From Paraspadella gotoi (taxonomy: Eukaryota; Animalia; Chaetognatha): 64,000 nucleotides of DNA. Shown in pieces: positions 21,368 through 33,617 of this stretch (positions are counted from its first letter, which is position 1; the number at the start of each line of letters is the position of its first letter). The DNA lies in assembly GCA_051294375.1 (NCBI GenBank), contig JBJCIZ010000744.1:1292262-1356261 (forward strand), given 5' to 3'. The notes under the pieces were generated by a model. It saw only the letters and a program-made list of their open reading frames with translations, did not search any database and was not told where the DNA came from. Both the position numbers and the translations under genes were made by a program.

Positions 21368-24054
21368 TCAATCATAAAAATCGAATTCGTCATCATCCTC
21401 TCCGACGGCCCCGCTCCCGTCTCCCTCGCCGCGACCGGAAATCGGGGCCCGCCAATCAGAATCGTCGTCGTCGTCATCGCGCCCAAGTCCGGATGGCAGC
21501 CGAGCCACGGTGGACGATCCTCTCGACGCCGAAGCCGCAGCCGACGTCGTCTTCGATTTCTCCTTGGATTTTTTGCCTTCGTCGACGCGAGAGCTCGAGG
21601 ACGTCGGCGACTTGGGATCTTCGGCGGCGACGGAAACGGCATCAGCGGGGGGTTTAGCGGCGGCGGCTGCGTTTCCCATGACGGCCTTCTGTATCGCCGC
21701 TTCGAGTTCGTCTTCGGAATCAGAATCGTCGATAGATTTCGCCGCGGCGGCGGTCTTCTTCGCCGAGTCGCCGCCGCCGCCGCCGAGGGTCATCTTCATC
21801 TGTTCGTAGGCGAAGCCGATTCCGACGTCGGCCTTTCGTCCGCGCGAGAAAATGTCATCCTCGTCGTCTTCGTTTCTCTCGAGGCTAAAATCCGCGCCGA
21901 CGGGACTGCGGAGCGACTTGTCCTTCTTCGAGGACGCCGGACGCGACGCCGATCGCGCCGCCGGAGACATTTCCGGCAGAGTCGCCTCCGACGCCGTTGA
22001 GCCGAGGCTGGATTCGAAGTCCAACGTGGCGGCGCCGCCTCCGCCGCTGGTGGCGCCTTTTTTCGACGGCTTCGAAAATTCGAGGTTCGTCGGTGACGCC
22101 GCTTGGAAATCCTCGACGCGCGGCGCAGTTTTGTCGGCGTCGTTTCGGTCCGAATCGTCGTCGACATCGCCGTCGTCGTCCTCGTCCAAATTGGCGCTGG
22201 GGATGCTGATGATGCCTCTTTTGGACGAGGGTGGAGGCCGAGTGTCGTCGTCATCGTCACGCGACGAAGGATCCGCAACTTCGTCGTCGCAATCGTCTTT
22301 ACGTTCGCCTTCCAGTGCACCGTCTCCATCACGACCACCTGCGAGTTCGCCGTCACCACCTTCGAGGTCGTCGTCGCGATCGCCGCGACCACCTTCCAGT
22401 TCGCCGCGACCACCTTCCAGTTCGCCGCGACCACCTTCCAGTTCGCCGCGACCACCTTCCAGTTCGCCGCGACCACCTTCCAGTTCGCCGCGACCACCTT
22501 CCAGTTCGCCGCGACCACCTTCCAGTTCGCCGCGACCTCCTCTTTCGCTCCAAGAATATCCTCGCGACGATAAATTCTTCTTCGACGGAGAATCCATCGA
22601 TCCTTCGACGGCGTCGACTCTCTCGTCCACCCGCAAATTCATCAATTGCAGATGGTCGACCTCCTTGGCGACGTCATTGGTATCCATTGTATCTCGTTTG
22701 CCCGCAGGATATTCCTCCTTTCGATTTTCATTATAATTTCCATCGCCTCCGACGAACGTTTCCATCTCACCTTCTTCGTCCGGACGCTTGAGCTTCGTCT
22801 CCGACTGACGACGATGGTTTCGAGAGTCGACAAGCGAAGACGGCTTCGGGTCGGGCACGGAAGGGTTTTGATGAAGTTGTGGTCGTGGCTGCGGTTGTGG
22901 AAACTTTGCGTGCGATTGCGGAAAAGAGGGAATCTGTGTGGTCGTCGTCGGGACTGAAGGAATGGGAGGAGGCAAACTGTCAACCGCCGGTGCTTGAAAA
23001 TGTTGAGGAGCTGGTCCGCTCATTGACTGATATGGCATAGTTCCGCCAGGTAGGTTATAAGGCACGGAAGTAGCGGAACCGTAAGCCACAGATGTTGGTA
23101 GCTGTTGATAAGGCACGCCTGCTTGCTGGTAAGGGACGCCTGGTGGTTGGTAAGGAGCGCTATACACCGGATTCTGCAATAATTGCGCTTGCGACGATTC
23201 GAATCCCGAAGGATCACGTGACTGCATCGCCGAAGAAAGAGTAAGTAAAGGCGGAACGGTCGACGCTGCACCTCCGGGAAAGTGAGACATTTGACCGGGA
23301 TAACCCTGACCAACGAGCGGCGCAGCCTGGACGCATTGGTAAGGCGAGCGACCGGACGTCGGCGGGTGAGGCAACGCAGCCGGAGCGAATGCCTGACCCT
23401 GATGATTCGTCCCTCGATCTTGACCCGTCTCCAAATTTCTCATTTTCTCTTCCTCGATTTTCTGCCAAACTGAAGGCAGCTGCCGCAGCCAACCCGGAAA
23501 CTCGGCCTCGATCAACCGCTCGTACTCCTCCTTGAGCGCCTTGAACTTGTCCGTCCGTCTGGCCATCCAATCCAGGCGCGAGTTGGCCCGCGCCATGTCC
23601 TGTCTGATCTTCTCGTGTCGGATGCGGGAGCGGCGCTCGTCCTCGCAGATTTTTCTAGTTAGAAGAGGGGGGGGTGGGGAATTTAGGGAGGGGTAATCTT
23701 TTTATTACTATGTGAATAAGCTGAAGGTAATTGTCTATAACTTGTTGAACCCCCTCAAGCAGACACGGGCTTTGAACCAGGCTTGAGGGTTTCACACTCC
23801 CATAAGGCGGCTCAATCAAGCCACACCCTCTTCCAACAACCCAACTCGACAATAACTAGTTACACTTACAATACAATTTACCTGTAATACCGTTCCAGCC
23901 TCTCGATCTTCGGTCCCGAAATTCGCGCGTCTATCGTCGGCGCCGCGGTGTCTAGTCGCCGGTCGAGTGCCAACCGGCGTCGCTCCAGTTCGTGTTGAAG
24001 GCTCTGGGTGCGGGCGACGCGCTCGAGAAACGGGACCGAGTCGTCCAGGGACAT
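21368..24054 (-). CDS. KIZ: Kizuna centrosomal protein ortholog, 2 exons, ~819 aa
   Basis: Exons 24054-23882 and 23654-21368 (phase 2, GT-AG). N-terminal coiled coil FLERVARTQSLQHELERRRLALDRRL...LERYYRKICEDERRSRIRHEK...RTDKFKALKEEYERLI resembles recalled human KIZ (YYERLGQLQHGLRDSEKKRLDLEKKL...EICESEKKAHTRN...TEKLQKLKLEYE). C-terminal SDSEDELEAAI and terminal DFYD resemble human ESDDSNSEIEAAL...DDFYD. Confidence 0.8.
22381..22537 (-). repeat. In-frame 21-bp coding tandem repeat (GELEGGR x~7) within KIZ
   Basis: Plus-strand unit TTCGCCGCGACCACCTTCCAG repeated about 7 times without variation. Confidence 0.95.
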
Positions 24055-24992
24055 TTTTACGTCCAAGCGGGAAGGGGAGGGGAATCTGTGAATGAATGGA
24101 TTATATGTTTATATCAAAATTAAATAACGAAGGAAATGATAATAAAGTCCGTCCGAAAAGTTGAATAGCCACTTGAATCGATAAAAATTGACCTTTTTTA
24201 TATATTCTTCTGTAAAATAAAACATTAAAAACGAACAAATTACTTAAAATTATAAGTTCCAGACGTCGTAACTTTAAGTACAGGATACGACAGACCGATT
24301 TTAACTTGAGAAAGAATACAAACGAATACAAATGAAGCAGAAAAAAGCAGAAAAAAAGCGGAGATGAAATAAAAGAATTAATGAAAAAAAGCAGAAGAGA
24401 AAAAGAATCGAGGACCGAAAGGAGGAGACGAAGGAATGACAAAAGAGCAGCGGTGTTAAAGAGTAGAGATTAATAATAATAAGATAAAAATAATTAACAA
24501 CTTGATAATATTAAATAACTATTAGGTTATTAAATAATAATTAATAATAAACTTAAGGTAACGTAAAATCCCTGACTTGGAATGACGTTGAATTAATTTT
24601 ATGATTTTATATTCTCAGTATTTTTTAACGAAATATTTTCTTTTTTTCGGGGGACATAAACAAAATATTAAACATTTTTCCTATCATCCTCAGAACTATA
24701 TCTTTATAAATTATAATAATGTACGATGAATTCGGCTATAATGATTCATTTCTTAAAAAAATATTCGCGTAAACTTTTACCTATGAATTTTTTTCAATGG
24801 CACGATGTACTTAAACTGGAATTTATGAATTTAAAGAATCAATAATTTTTATACTGCTCTTATCAAAAGACTTTAAATATAAAATATTGAGTTTTAGAAA
24901 AAGTTTGAGTGCTGTATCCACAGTTCTCTGACGGCCACCCGAAAAGTGATAATCACTGATATACACTAGTTTCTAACCCCCCCCTCTCTCTC

Positions 24993-25035
<43 letters not shown>

Positions 25036-25540
25036 CTCTCAGCTAAATCTCTGATATTCGAATTATCCGTCGGTGAGTGTTTTATACCGGTTTTAATAAT
25101 AAATTCGTCTGGCCATTAATTTTTAATTTTGCTGCCTTAAAAAAAAAGAAGAAAAAAATTCGTGATCAAGTTTTACGTTTTATTTTCGTTTCAGTAAAAA
25201 AACTTTTTTTCTTTACGAATTTTATTATCTTTTTCAATCTTTACAAGGATTTTGTTTTATATTAACATTGAACAATGTTCATATGATAATGAACATTATT
25301 TAGTGGAAAACTCGGAATTCATTGAAGTATTTTAAAGGTGTTAGGACCCGCCGGTCCGTCCCTCCAGAAAAACGCCCCCGACAATCTTTGATTCGAGGAA
25401 CTTCCATCGTCGATCCACTCCGGCCGCCAAAGATGGAACATTCCGCCAAAGATCTAACCAAAGGACAGACCACACATTCTTTCTTTCTTTCACTCTCTTT
25501 CTCTCTCAACATATTTTAACATTTGACTCAATTTCCAGCC

Positions 25541-25660
25541 ATGTCTAACTTACCCAAATGTCCCGACGGGTCAGGTCTCCGCTGCATCTTTCATCGCGTC
25601 GGTTCTGACTCAAACGGAATCTTGTCTTTGACCGAGTTCATCAACTTCGCTATCTCTCTC
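25541..25660 (+). pseudogene. Duplicate of the EF-hand-like first exon, lacking a donor site
   Basis: MSNLPKCPDGSGLRCIFHRVGSDSNGILSLTEFINFA parallels MTHLPQCPGGSVLRCIFNLIDSDSNGIITLPKFIDFA at 25859. Preceded by acceptor TTTCCAG; no GT donor at the equivalent position. Confidence 0.6.
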
Positions 25661-25858
25661 TCTCAGCCCAAAGCTCGTGCCCGTTTTATTAATAAGAACG
25701 CGAGACAATCAATAACTCGTTACTTTATCATGGTTTTTTAAAGTCACGTTGTGATTTTACTACTGATGATTCAATTTTTATAATTGTATTTTCAAAATTA
25801 TTTCAGATTTTTGATTATTGATTTGTATTTTTCTGCGGCTTTATTATTTTCGTCCACC

Positions 25859-26199
25859 ATGACTCACTTACCTCAATGCCCAGGCGGGTCAGTACTACGC
25901 TGCATCTTTAATCTCATCGATTCTGACTCCAATGGGATTATCACTCTGCCAAAATTCATTGACTTTGCTCTCAGGGTAAGGATGAGACAAATATGTTTAT
26001 TATTTAAAATTTACTTGTGATTTGAAGAAAAAATTTTATTCTTTGAACTTACAGGAACTTAAGCCTTGCAAGGTTGACAGCCACTGCATCCAAGAAATAT
26101 TCCACAGTATGGAATACAGCAAAAGAGAATGTCTCAATGTTCAACAATTTGAAGATTTCCTAACCGACTTCATGACTCCCTTAAAAGACAATAAATTAA
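25859..26199 (+). CDS. EF-hand-like exons (degenerate Ca-binding loops), probably the 5' part of the DUF924 gene
   Basis: Exon 25859-25975 (loop DSDSNGIITLPK, donor AGG|GTAAGG) and exon 26055-~26199 (CIQEIFHSMEYSKRECLNVQQFEDFL). The phase link from 26199 to the next exon is unresolved. Confidence 0.55.
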
Positions 26200-26331
26200 G
26201 TTTGCACATTTTTTTCATTCATTAATTCCTTGAATAATTCTTTAAATTTTTATAAAATATTTATTAAAGCAAATACAACTATTCATTCATTTTAGCTCAT
26301 GTTTCAGATGTTAACTTTCTCTACAATATAG

Positions 26332-29300
26332 ACCGCGGATTCCTGTTCGCATCCAAAGGGAATACTTACCTTAGAAGAATCTTTAAAAGTTTACATCAAA
26401 CAGCAAACTCACGCTCATGAAAAGGCCAAGGCGGGGGATATTACCTACTGCCCAACTCGGGTAAGAAATGCAAATACAATTTTTTATGAAATTGGTACAA
26501 CCAATATAAAAATTATCCATTAATTTAATAAATAAGCAATCTTGCCCCTGACTTTGGACAGGCTTTGGTGGTTTAATGCCTCCATCACTCTTACAAGATA
26601 ACAACATAGCAGGTCCCAGCAAGCTTTCAATCATGACTCTCTCACAGTCTCGTTTATTCACTCCCAATTGTATGAAAAGATCACCCCCTTAAGTATTAAA
26701 TCGGGGAATACTTATTGTACTCCACACTAGCATCAAAATAAATGGAGCTGAATTTTATGAAATTGGTACAACCAAAATAAAAATTATCCATTCATTTAAT
26801 AAATAAGCTATCTTGCCCCTGACTTTGGACAGGCTTTGGTGGTTTAAGGCCTCCATCATAACTTTTTAACATTGAAAACTTCAATGAATCCTCTCTTCTT
26901 TTCAATCACCAGATCCCTAGCGACAGTGGCGGTCTACTTTATCGACATCGCCTGATCCTTCGGCTTTTGTCGGGTAGAATCGATGCCGACGCGGCCGCCA
27001 TTCTCGACTTTTGGTTTCCGGAAAATGCAACAGAAGCTTTGCTATTGTGGTTTGGTGGAGGATCGGCTTTGGACCAGGAGATAAGGTTCAAGTTTGGGTG
27101 AGTTAATATCAATTTTTGGGCCATAATTTCTCATAGTGACTCTTTTCAACTTAAATTCTTAAGTTAGTTTTTAGGTAAGGGTTAAATAGTAAGGCGGGAC
27201 AGAATTTACCAAAGTCTTTTTTCCTTTTACAACCAAATTGACTTATGATGTTAGATTTAATAAATAGGTAAGGGGCTAGGCAAAGGGATTAGAAACAGAA
27301 ATGTGGCTCTTTCAGAAAATTGTGCGAATTCAAATCACTTTTATTAACTATTTAGCGCTGCTATAATTGACTGTTGACATTGTTCTTGTTGTCTTTAATG
27401 TATGTCAAAAGTGGCTAACTTAATGTATTAATAAAGAGCTGTTGATATTTTTGATAGTATTTTGATATCCCCCTTTAACCCGCAGTGTCTTGGTTGACAA
27501 GGCAGCCAAAGGTGACCTTGACTCCTGGACAAATACCCCATTGGAATGTCTCGCTCTCATCATTCTCTTGGATCAATTTTCCCGCAATCTTTTCCGTAAT
27601 CAAAAACGCATGTACGCCAATGACGAAAAAGCGCGGGCCGTCTGCGCCAAAGCCTTGCACAATGACTATCTGCAATACTTGACGCCTGTGCAGGTACTAG
27701 CTGCAAAAGTGAAAATAGATTGCACTTTTTAGAATGGTGATCATAAATACGGAAATATCACTATAACAAATGACAAATTTTTAAGACTAAAGCTAATGTT
27801 TCACGTTTTTTTCTTGCAGGCGATTTTTCTGCCCTGCCTGGTATTCATCCACTCGGAGCTCTTTCATCACCAAGAGCTAAGCATCAACATCTGGTGTCAC
27901 CAGATTCAAAACCATTTACCTCAAGACGACCAACTGAGAATGTTTGGAATGATTTTCTTGTATCACATCAAGGTCATATTTATTCTATGTAATTATAATT
28001 GTAAATTGTAAAAATGTGTGATGTCATGTCCTGCCACACTAAACACAAAGATAGGAAATTAATTTTAATAATAGCTTATAAACTTTTAATATTTACTTTA
28101 TATGTTTTTTAATTTAATTTAATTTTACTAGTAATTTACTTTGTAATTGAGTCGTTTAATGTTTATCCTGTTTTGAATTTATTTACTATATTATATTTAT
28201 TACTATTAATAATAAATAGAATGAATGAATTTAATGATAAATTATAACAAAAACCTAACAATGTCTTTTTCCTTTTTCAATCAGGTCTTGTGCAAATTCG
28301 ATCGTCTTCCTCACCGCAATAATGTCTTAGGTCGCGAGTCGACAAAAGAAGAGAAGGAATTTAATAACGACGAGTATCTCGTGTACGTTTTGTGTCTCTG
28401 GCATTCCCGTCTTTCTCCGTCTCTCTCACTCTGTCTCTTTATCTTACGTTCTGTCTTTATCCTACGTTCGCTCTCATTTTTCTTTCTATCTCTCTCTTAT
28501 TCTTTCTCTCCTTTTCTTACTCGCCATCTGTTTCTCTATTTATCTCTCTCTCTATATATATAATTTATATATATATACATATATAATATTATTATTGTAA
28601 AAAAAGTAAAAAAAACATAATCAAATAGTAAAATATATTTTTTGTTTTTTCCATTTAAACTCATTTCCACTCGCACGATTCCCTCGAAACTTCATATCCA
28701 CCTCAATCACACAGTTTCCTACCCACACACAAAATTTCATACCAATCCATCCATCCAATCACGAGTAATTGGAGTTTTTTGCTAAGGTGGGACGGATGTA
28801 CGGACGGACGGACGGACATCGTTTTTTTTTGCATAATTAATCATAATTCGATGTTCTGACATGATATAAGTGAATGCCCGACAAGATTGAGGGGGTGGAC
28901 CGACGGACCGACAAAGTGAATTATAGAGTCGGGATCTTCTAAAACAAATTTTTGGCCTTTCTTATCTATAGATAAATATTAAAAAATTAATTACTAGGGT
29001 ATAGAGCCATATTAGAATTTTTTTGTCCATTGAAAGTATTCTTTAAAATCTCTAAATATTAGTTTGAGCATGTACTCACTCTAAATTTTTGACTCACTCC
29101 ATTGAGTTGGTCTACCCTATTAACCCAACTGACACGCCCCCCCCCCGCAGTTTCGACTTCCCCCTCCGCAGCAGCAGCGACGGACGAATCATCTTCGTCG
29201 AAACTCCCGCCTTTTCCCCAACTTGCGGCAGCGACCGCGGTCCGCCCGCTTCAGACGCGACAGATCTTCTTCGACGCTGCCGACGACGCGGCGGCGAAGC

Positions 29301-29436
29301 GGCTGATGCTGCGACAGATGCGAGAGTGGCTGACGGCGCTGGCCTCGCTATTTCCGGACGCCGACGAGATTATTCGGCGAAAGACCGGAAAGGCCGTGGC
29401 TGTGGTGACGAGAAGACCGGAAAACTGCGTGGCTGA
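26332..29436 (+). CDS. DUF924 (PF06041)-family protein, multi-exon
   Basis: Phase-consistent exons 26332-26460, 26913-27097, 27486-27693, 27820-27972, 28285-28373, and tentatively 29151-29436. Motifs AILDFWF, WFGGGSALDQEIRFKFG, LALIILLDQFSRNLFR, FIHSE and FDRLPHRNNVLGRESTKEE are the family signatures. The last exon is the least certain. Confidence 0.85.
26478..26858 (-). mobile_element. Repeat family B, two tandem copies in an intron of the DUF924 gene
   Basis: 26478-26666 and 26751-26858 match 3681-3858. Confidence 0.8.
28657..28932. mobile_element. HINE/DINE-1-like (Helentron-associated) repeat fragment
   Basis: AAACTCATTTCCACTCGCACGATTCC..CGAAACTT...CAATCCATCCATCCAATCACGAGTAATTG followed by (GGAC)n and GACAAAGTGAATTATAGAGTCG. 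Related copies at 31742-31889, and inverted at ~54900-55010 and ~62215-62395. The class assignment is inferred from the (GGAC)n microsatellite and 3' motif. Confidence 0.5.
28947..29120. repeat. Repeat family C, copy 2
   Basis: Matches 8272-8445. Confidence 0.75.
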
Positions 29437-29899
29437 GGGGGAATGTCCTGAAATTAGGCGAGTCTGACTGTGGGTCTGGGTTTGAGTTTCTCTGGGTCTG
29501 TCTGGGTCAGGGTCTGAGTTTGTTTGGGTATGAGTCTGTTTGCGTCTAGATTTGGGTCAAGATTCTGAACGTCCAGCAATCTTCCTACTGCTAATCAATC
29601 GTCCAAATTGCTTGCCAATTTTAAAATTGGTTTTTCCTCGTCTTCTTGTCCAATTTAAATTACCAATGTTCATCGTCATTCGATCAAACTTTTTAGTCCA
29701 GCGTCGAATTGTTTAACATTAAACTGCTTGTCCATTGTCCAACATTCTTTTCCTGGTCCATTAAGGCATTATGATATCTTATTGTCTGTCATAATAATTA
29801 TTGCTTTGATAACATTGAATTCCTTATCGCTTGGCTTAAATTTCTTGCTAACGTTGAATTGATTGATCCATTTTTCTCCACCAACAGATTCGACTATGA

Positions 29900-30055
29900 C
29901 AAAGAACCAAAGGGCGACGAAACAAAGACCAACGCGGAATCAAAGGGCAACAGATCAGAGGCCAACGGATCAAAGGCCAAAGTGGAATCAGAGGCCGACG
30001 GATCAAAGGCCAACAAGGAATGAAAGGCCAATAGATCAGAATCAAAGGCCAACGC
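29900..30055. repeat. ~15-bp degenerate minisatellite (GATCAAAGGCCAACG)
   Basis: About 9-10 imperfect units; produces the spurious QRPT-repeat ORF. Confidence 0.8.
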
Positions 30056-30077
30056 TTTCTGACGAAAAAATGTATAT

Positions 30078-30108
<31 letters not shown>

Positions 30109-30310
30109 TTAAATTTATATTTTAAATTGATTACAACTAAATTTGTAATATTATTCATTTCCATTTAACCTAATATGCCGTGGTTACAAAGTTAAATATA
30201 TGGTCGCCATATATAGAAACACTTTATTGAAATATTACGCCACTTTATTGATAGGGAAGCTTAGTAGTTTTTAGCCAAGCTAGCTATATATCATTATCTT
30301 GTTCGAAGGA

Positions 30311-30388
30311 TTGGAGGCCTTAGGCCACCATAGTCCGTCCAGAGTCATAAGGCAAGATAGCTTATTTAATAAATGAATGAATGAATAA
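30311..30388 (+). mobile_element. Repeat family B 3' end with (AATG)n tail
   Basis: GGAGGCCTTA..CCACCA...GGCAAGATAGCTTATTTAATAAATGAATGAATGAAT is the inverted match to 3681-3780. Confidence 0.65.
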
Positions 30389-30459
30389 TTTAAAACTTTG
30401 TTTTACTAAACTCATTGGTCTCGTTAGCGATTGCTTCCTCCTTCTCATCTCTCAAAATG

Positions 30460-30462
<3 letters not shown>

Positions 30463-30527
<65 letters not shown>

Positions 30528-30545
30528 CATTATTATTATTATTAT
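30463..30545. repeat. (TAT)n microsatellite
   Basis: About 27 near-perfect units. Confidence 0.95.
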
Positions 30546-31889
30546 CAATGAGTGTCTATACTATACTATTCGATCCTAACCCTTCCCGCCTTCGACGCGT
30601 CAACCTCGAGTCTCTCCCCCAACCCTAATCCTAATCCGAGCCTCCCGTTCAACTCCGTGCCTCTCTCTTAAGTTCCCAACCCTCACCCGGGCTCGGGCCT
30701 GCCGTACATCTCCGTGCCTCAACCCTACTCCTTCATTTCCCTCACTCTTCCCTCACCCTTACGCGGGCCTCCTGTTCATCAGCAACACTCAGTCAGTGTC
30801 ACTCACCCTACCCCTTAACCTAAAATTGACATCAACATTAACCCTAAACTGAACTTAACCCAACCCCCGGTTTTTAATTCACGGTTTTTTAATTCAAGAT
30901 CATCGATTCAATTAATTCATGATCGACAAATTATAAATTTCAAGATTTATAATTCAAAAATTTATAATTTACAAACGTCAGTTCACGATCGTCAATTCAA
31001 GATCGTCGATTCACCACCATCAATTTAAAATTTTTGGTCCAAAATTTTTAAATTAAAGATTTTCAAGGAAAGATTTTTTAATTTAAGAGTTTAAATCCAC
31101 AATTGACGATCTCTGATCAACAATCAACAATCCATGATGTGCAATTCACATAATCGATGATTTTAATCAATAACGAATTATTGATTCAATAATTAAGAAT
31201 TATTGACGCGATAATTACGAATTATTGAGGCAATGATAATGAGTTATTCGAAGCGATGATAGTCATTCATCAATGCTATTATAAACATTCAATGACAGTC
31301 ATTCATTGATGCGATTATAGTCATTAATTGATCCAATGAGAGTTATTTTTTATGCTATTATAATAATTTATTGATGCAATTATAAACAATAATTGATTCA
31401 GGATGCAATGATAATATTCAATAATGCGATCATAGACATTCATTATTGCGATGATAATCATTTATTGATGCGATGATAATCATTAATCAATGCGATTATT
31501 GATGCAATTATAATGATTTATTGATGCGATAATAGTAGATGCAATGATAATCGATAAATGATGGACACATAAGAGAGAGACATAACAAATTTATTAATAA
31601 TTCAAAAAAGGAATCTATAAACAATCATTCAATAACCGGGTCAATCAGCCAATCAATCATTTTAACTGAGAGAGAGAGAGAAAGAAACTTTAAAATTTAA
31701 AATGAATTCAAATTTATAAATGTGAACTTTGTTTTCTCCTTTTAAACTCATTTCGACTTGTCCGATTCCATCGAAACTTTATATCCAGCTTGATCATACA
31801 GTTTCCTACCAGCACACAACATTTTATCTCAATCCATCCATCCAATCATGAGTAATTGAAGTTTTTTGCTAAGCGGGGACGGTCATCAT

Positions 31890-32923
31890 NNNNNNNNNNN
31901 NNNNNNNNNNNNNNNNNNNNNNNNNNNNNNNNNNNNNNNNNNNNNNNNNNNNNNNNNNNNNNNNNNNNNNNNNNNNNNNNNNNNNNNNNNNNNNNNNNNN
32001 NNNNNNNNNNNNNNNNNNNNNNNNNNNNNNNNNNNNNNNNNNNNNNNNNNNNNNNNNNNNNNNNNNNNNNNNNNNNNNNNNNNNNNNNNNNNNNNNNNNN
32101 NNNNNNNNNNNNNNNNNNNNNNNNNNNNNNNNNNNNNNNNNNNNNNNNNNNNNNNNNNNNNNNNNNNNNNNNNNNNNNNNNNNNNNNNNNNNNNNNNNNN
32201 NNNNNNNNNNNNNNNNNNNNNNNNNNNNNNNNNNNNNNNNNNNNNNNNNNNNNNNNNNNNNNNNNNNNNNNNNNNNNNNNNNNNNNNNNNNNNNNNNNNN
32301 NNNNNNNNNNNNNNNNNNNNNNNNNNNNNNNNNNNNNNNNNNNNNNNNNNNNNNNNNNNNNNNNNNNNNNNNNNNNNNNNNNNNNNNNNNNNNNNNNNNN
32401 NNNNNNNNNNNNNNNNNNNNNNNNNNNNNNNNNNNNNNNNNNNNNNNNNNNNNNNNNNNNNNNNNNNNNNNNNNNNNNGGTTAGTATATAAAATTGTAAA
32501 TACTGATTACGTACAACTGTCTTGCAGCTAAACTAGTGCATATTTTACTTTTAACAGCATTACTGTTATCCTTAATCCTACTGTACACTGTACTGTACAG
32601 TGGACAGTGTACAACTGTACATGGACCAAACTCTGAAGCAAAAAATTGCAATAAAATTTCCGTCGAATCATCGAAGACCGAAAAAAAGACCGGGTAGANN
32701 NNNNNNNNNNNNNNNNNNNNNNNNNNNNNNNNNNNNNNNNNNNNNNNNNNNNNNNNNNNNNNNNNNNNNNNNNNNNNNNNNNNNNNNNNNNNNNNNNNNN
32801 NNNNNNNNNNNNNNNNNNNNNNNNNNNNNNNNNNNNNNNNNNNNNNNNNNNNNNNNNNNNNNNNNNNNNNNNNNNNNNNNNNNNNNNNNNNNNNNNNNNN
32901 NNNNNNNNNNNNNNNNNNNNNNN
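31890..32923. other. Two assembly gaps (31890-32478 and 32699-32923) separated by a 220-bp island
   Basis: Runs of N. Confidence 1.
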
Positions 32924-33617
32924 TTTTTTTTTCAACGAAATTAATTCGGAAATAAAATAAATAAATAAGTAAATATAAAAGTAAATAACTAAACGAATGA
33001 ATAAATAAGAAGCAATGGGAGAGATGGAGATGTGTCGTTTGGACGGTGAGTATCATTGTGGTCGGTCGGTCAATGTCACTTTTGGGTTAAACGATACTGA
33101 TACTGATACTGTGTAATACATAGTGTGTAGCCTGTAAATTTATGGCAGTAACAAATCCTTCATTGTGGATGTGGAATGTTTGAATGGAGATATTCGCTCT
33201 TATTCGACTTAATTCTAATTCTGCAATTATTCAATTTTGTTAATTTTTATTCAATATCAATCTAAACAAGTAAAAAAATTTAGTCAATAAAATAAAATCA
33301 AAAAATCTAATCAGGCAATGAATTAAAATCTATTTAATCAAATCAAATCAATCTCAGCAACCAATCGATAAAATTAATAAAATAAACTTAATCAGCCAAT
33401 CAAATTATTAAAATAAAATCAAGCAATCAATAAATCAATCGTTTCATTAGAATCATATCAATCTTATCAACCAATCAAATCAAATCAATCAATCAATAAA
33501 TTTATACAAATGTAATCAACCAAGCAATCTAGTTAATAAAACCTATCAATCAAATCAATCTCAATCGACCAAAATCAAATCCAATCCAACCCTTTAACCC
33601 CCCCCCCACGACAAAAG

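Noticed and set aside
21510-23473. Multiple overlapping ORFs (AATTFQF, RRDHLPV, VVAANWK repeats)
   Set aside because: Alternative-frame and antisense readings of the GC-rich KIZ exon and its 21-bp repeat.
26308-26420. In-frame TGA as selenocysteine or a variant genetic code (also TAA at 33776)
   Set aside because: An alternative acceptor at 26332 gives an open frame. PHM, RRM2, KIZ and the F-box gene all read normally with the standard code, and no SECIS was identified.
29102-29467. Alternative frame of the 29151 exon (…LRQMREWLTALASLFPDADEIIRRK…) as a TRPM first exon
   Set aside because: No phase-compatible link could be established. The other frame is phase-compatible with the DUF924 donor at 28373. 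Left unresolved.
30560-30870. Interstitial telomeric repeat (also 58380-58640, 61320-61340)
   Set aside because: Only scattered AACCCT-like words in C-rich sequence; no tandem TTAGGG array.
31856-33056. ORFs containing long X runs
   Set aside because: Artefacts of translating through N-gaps.
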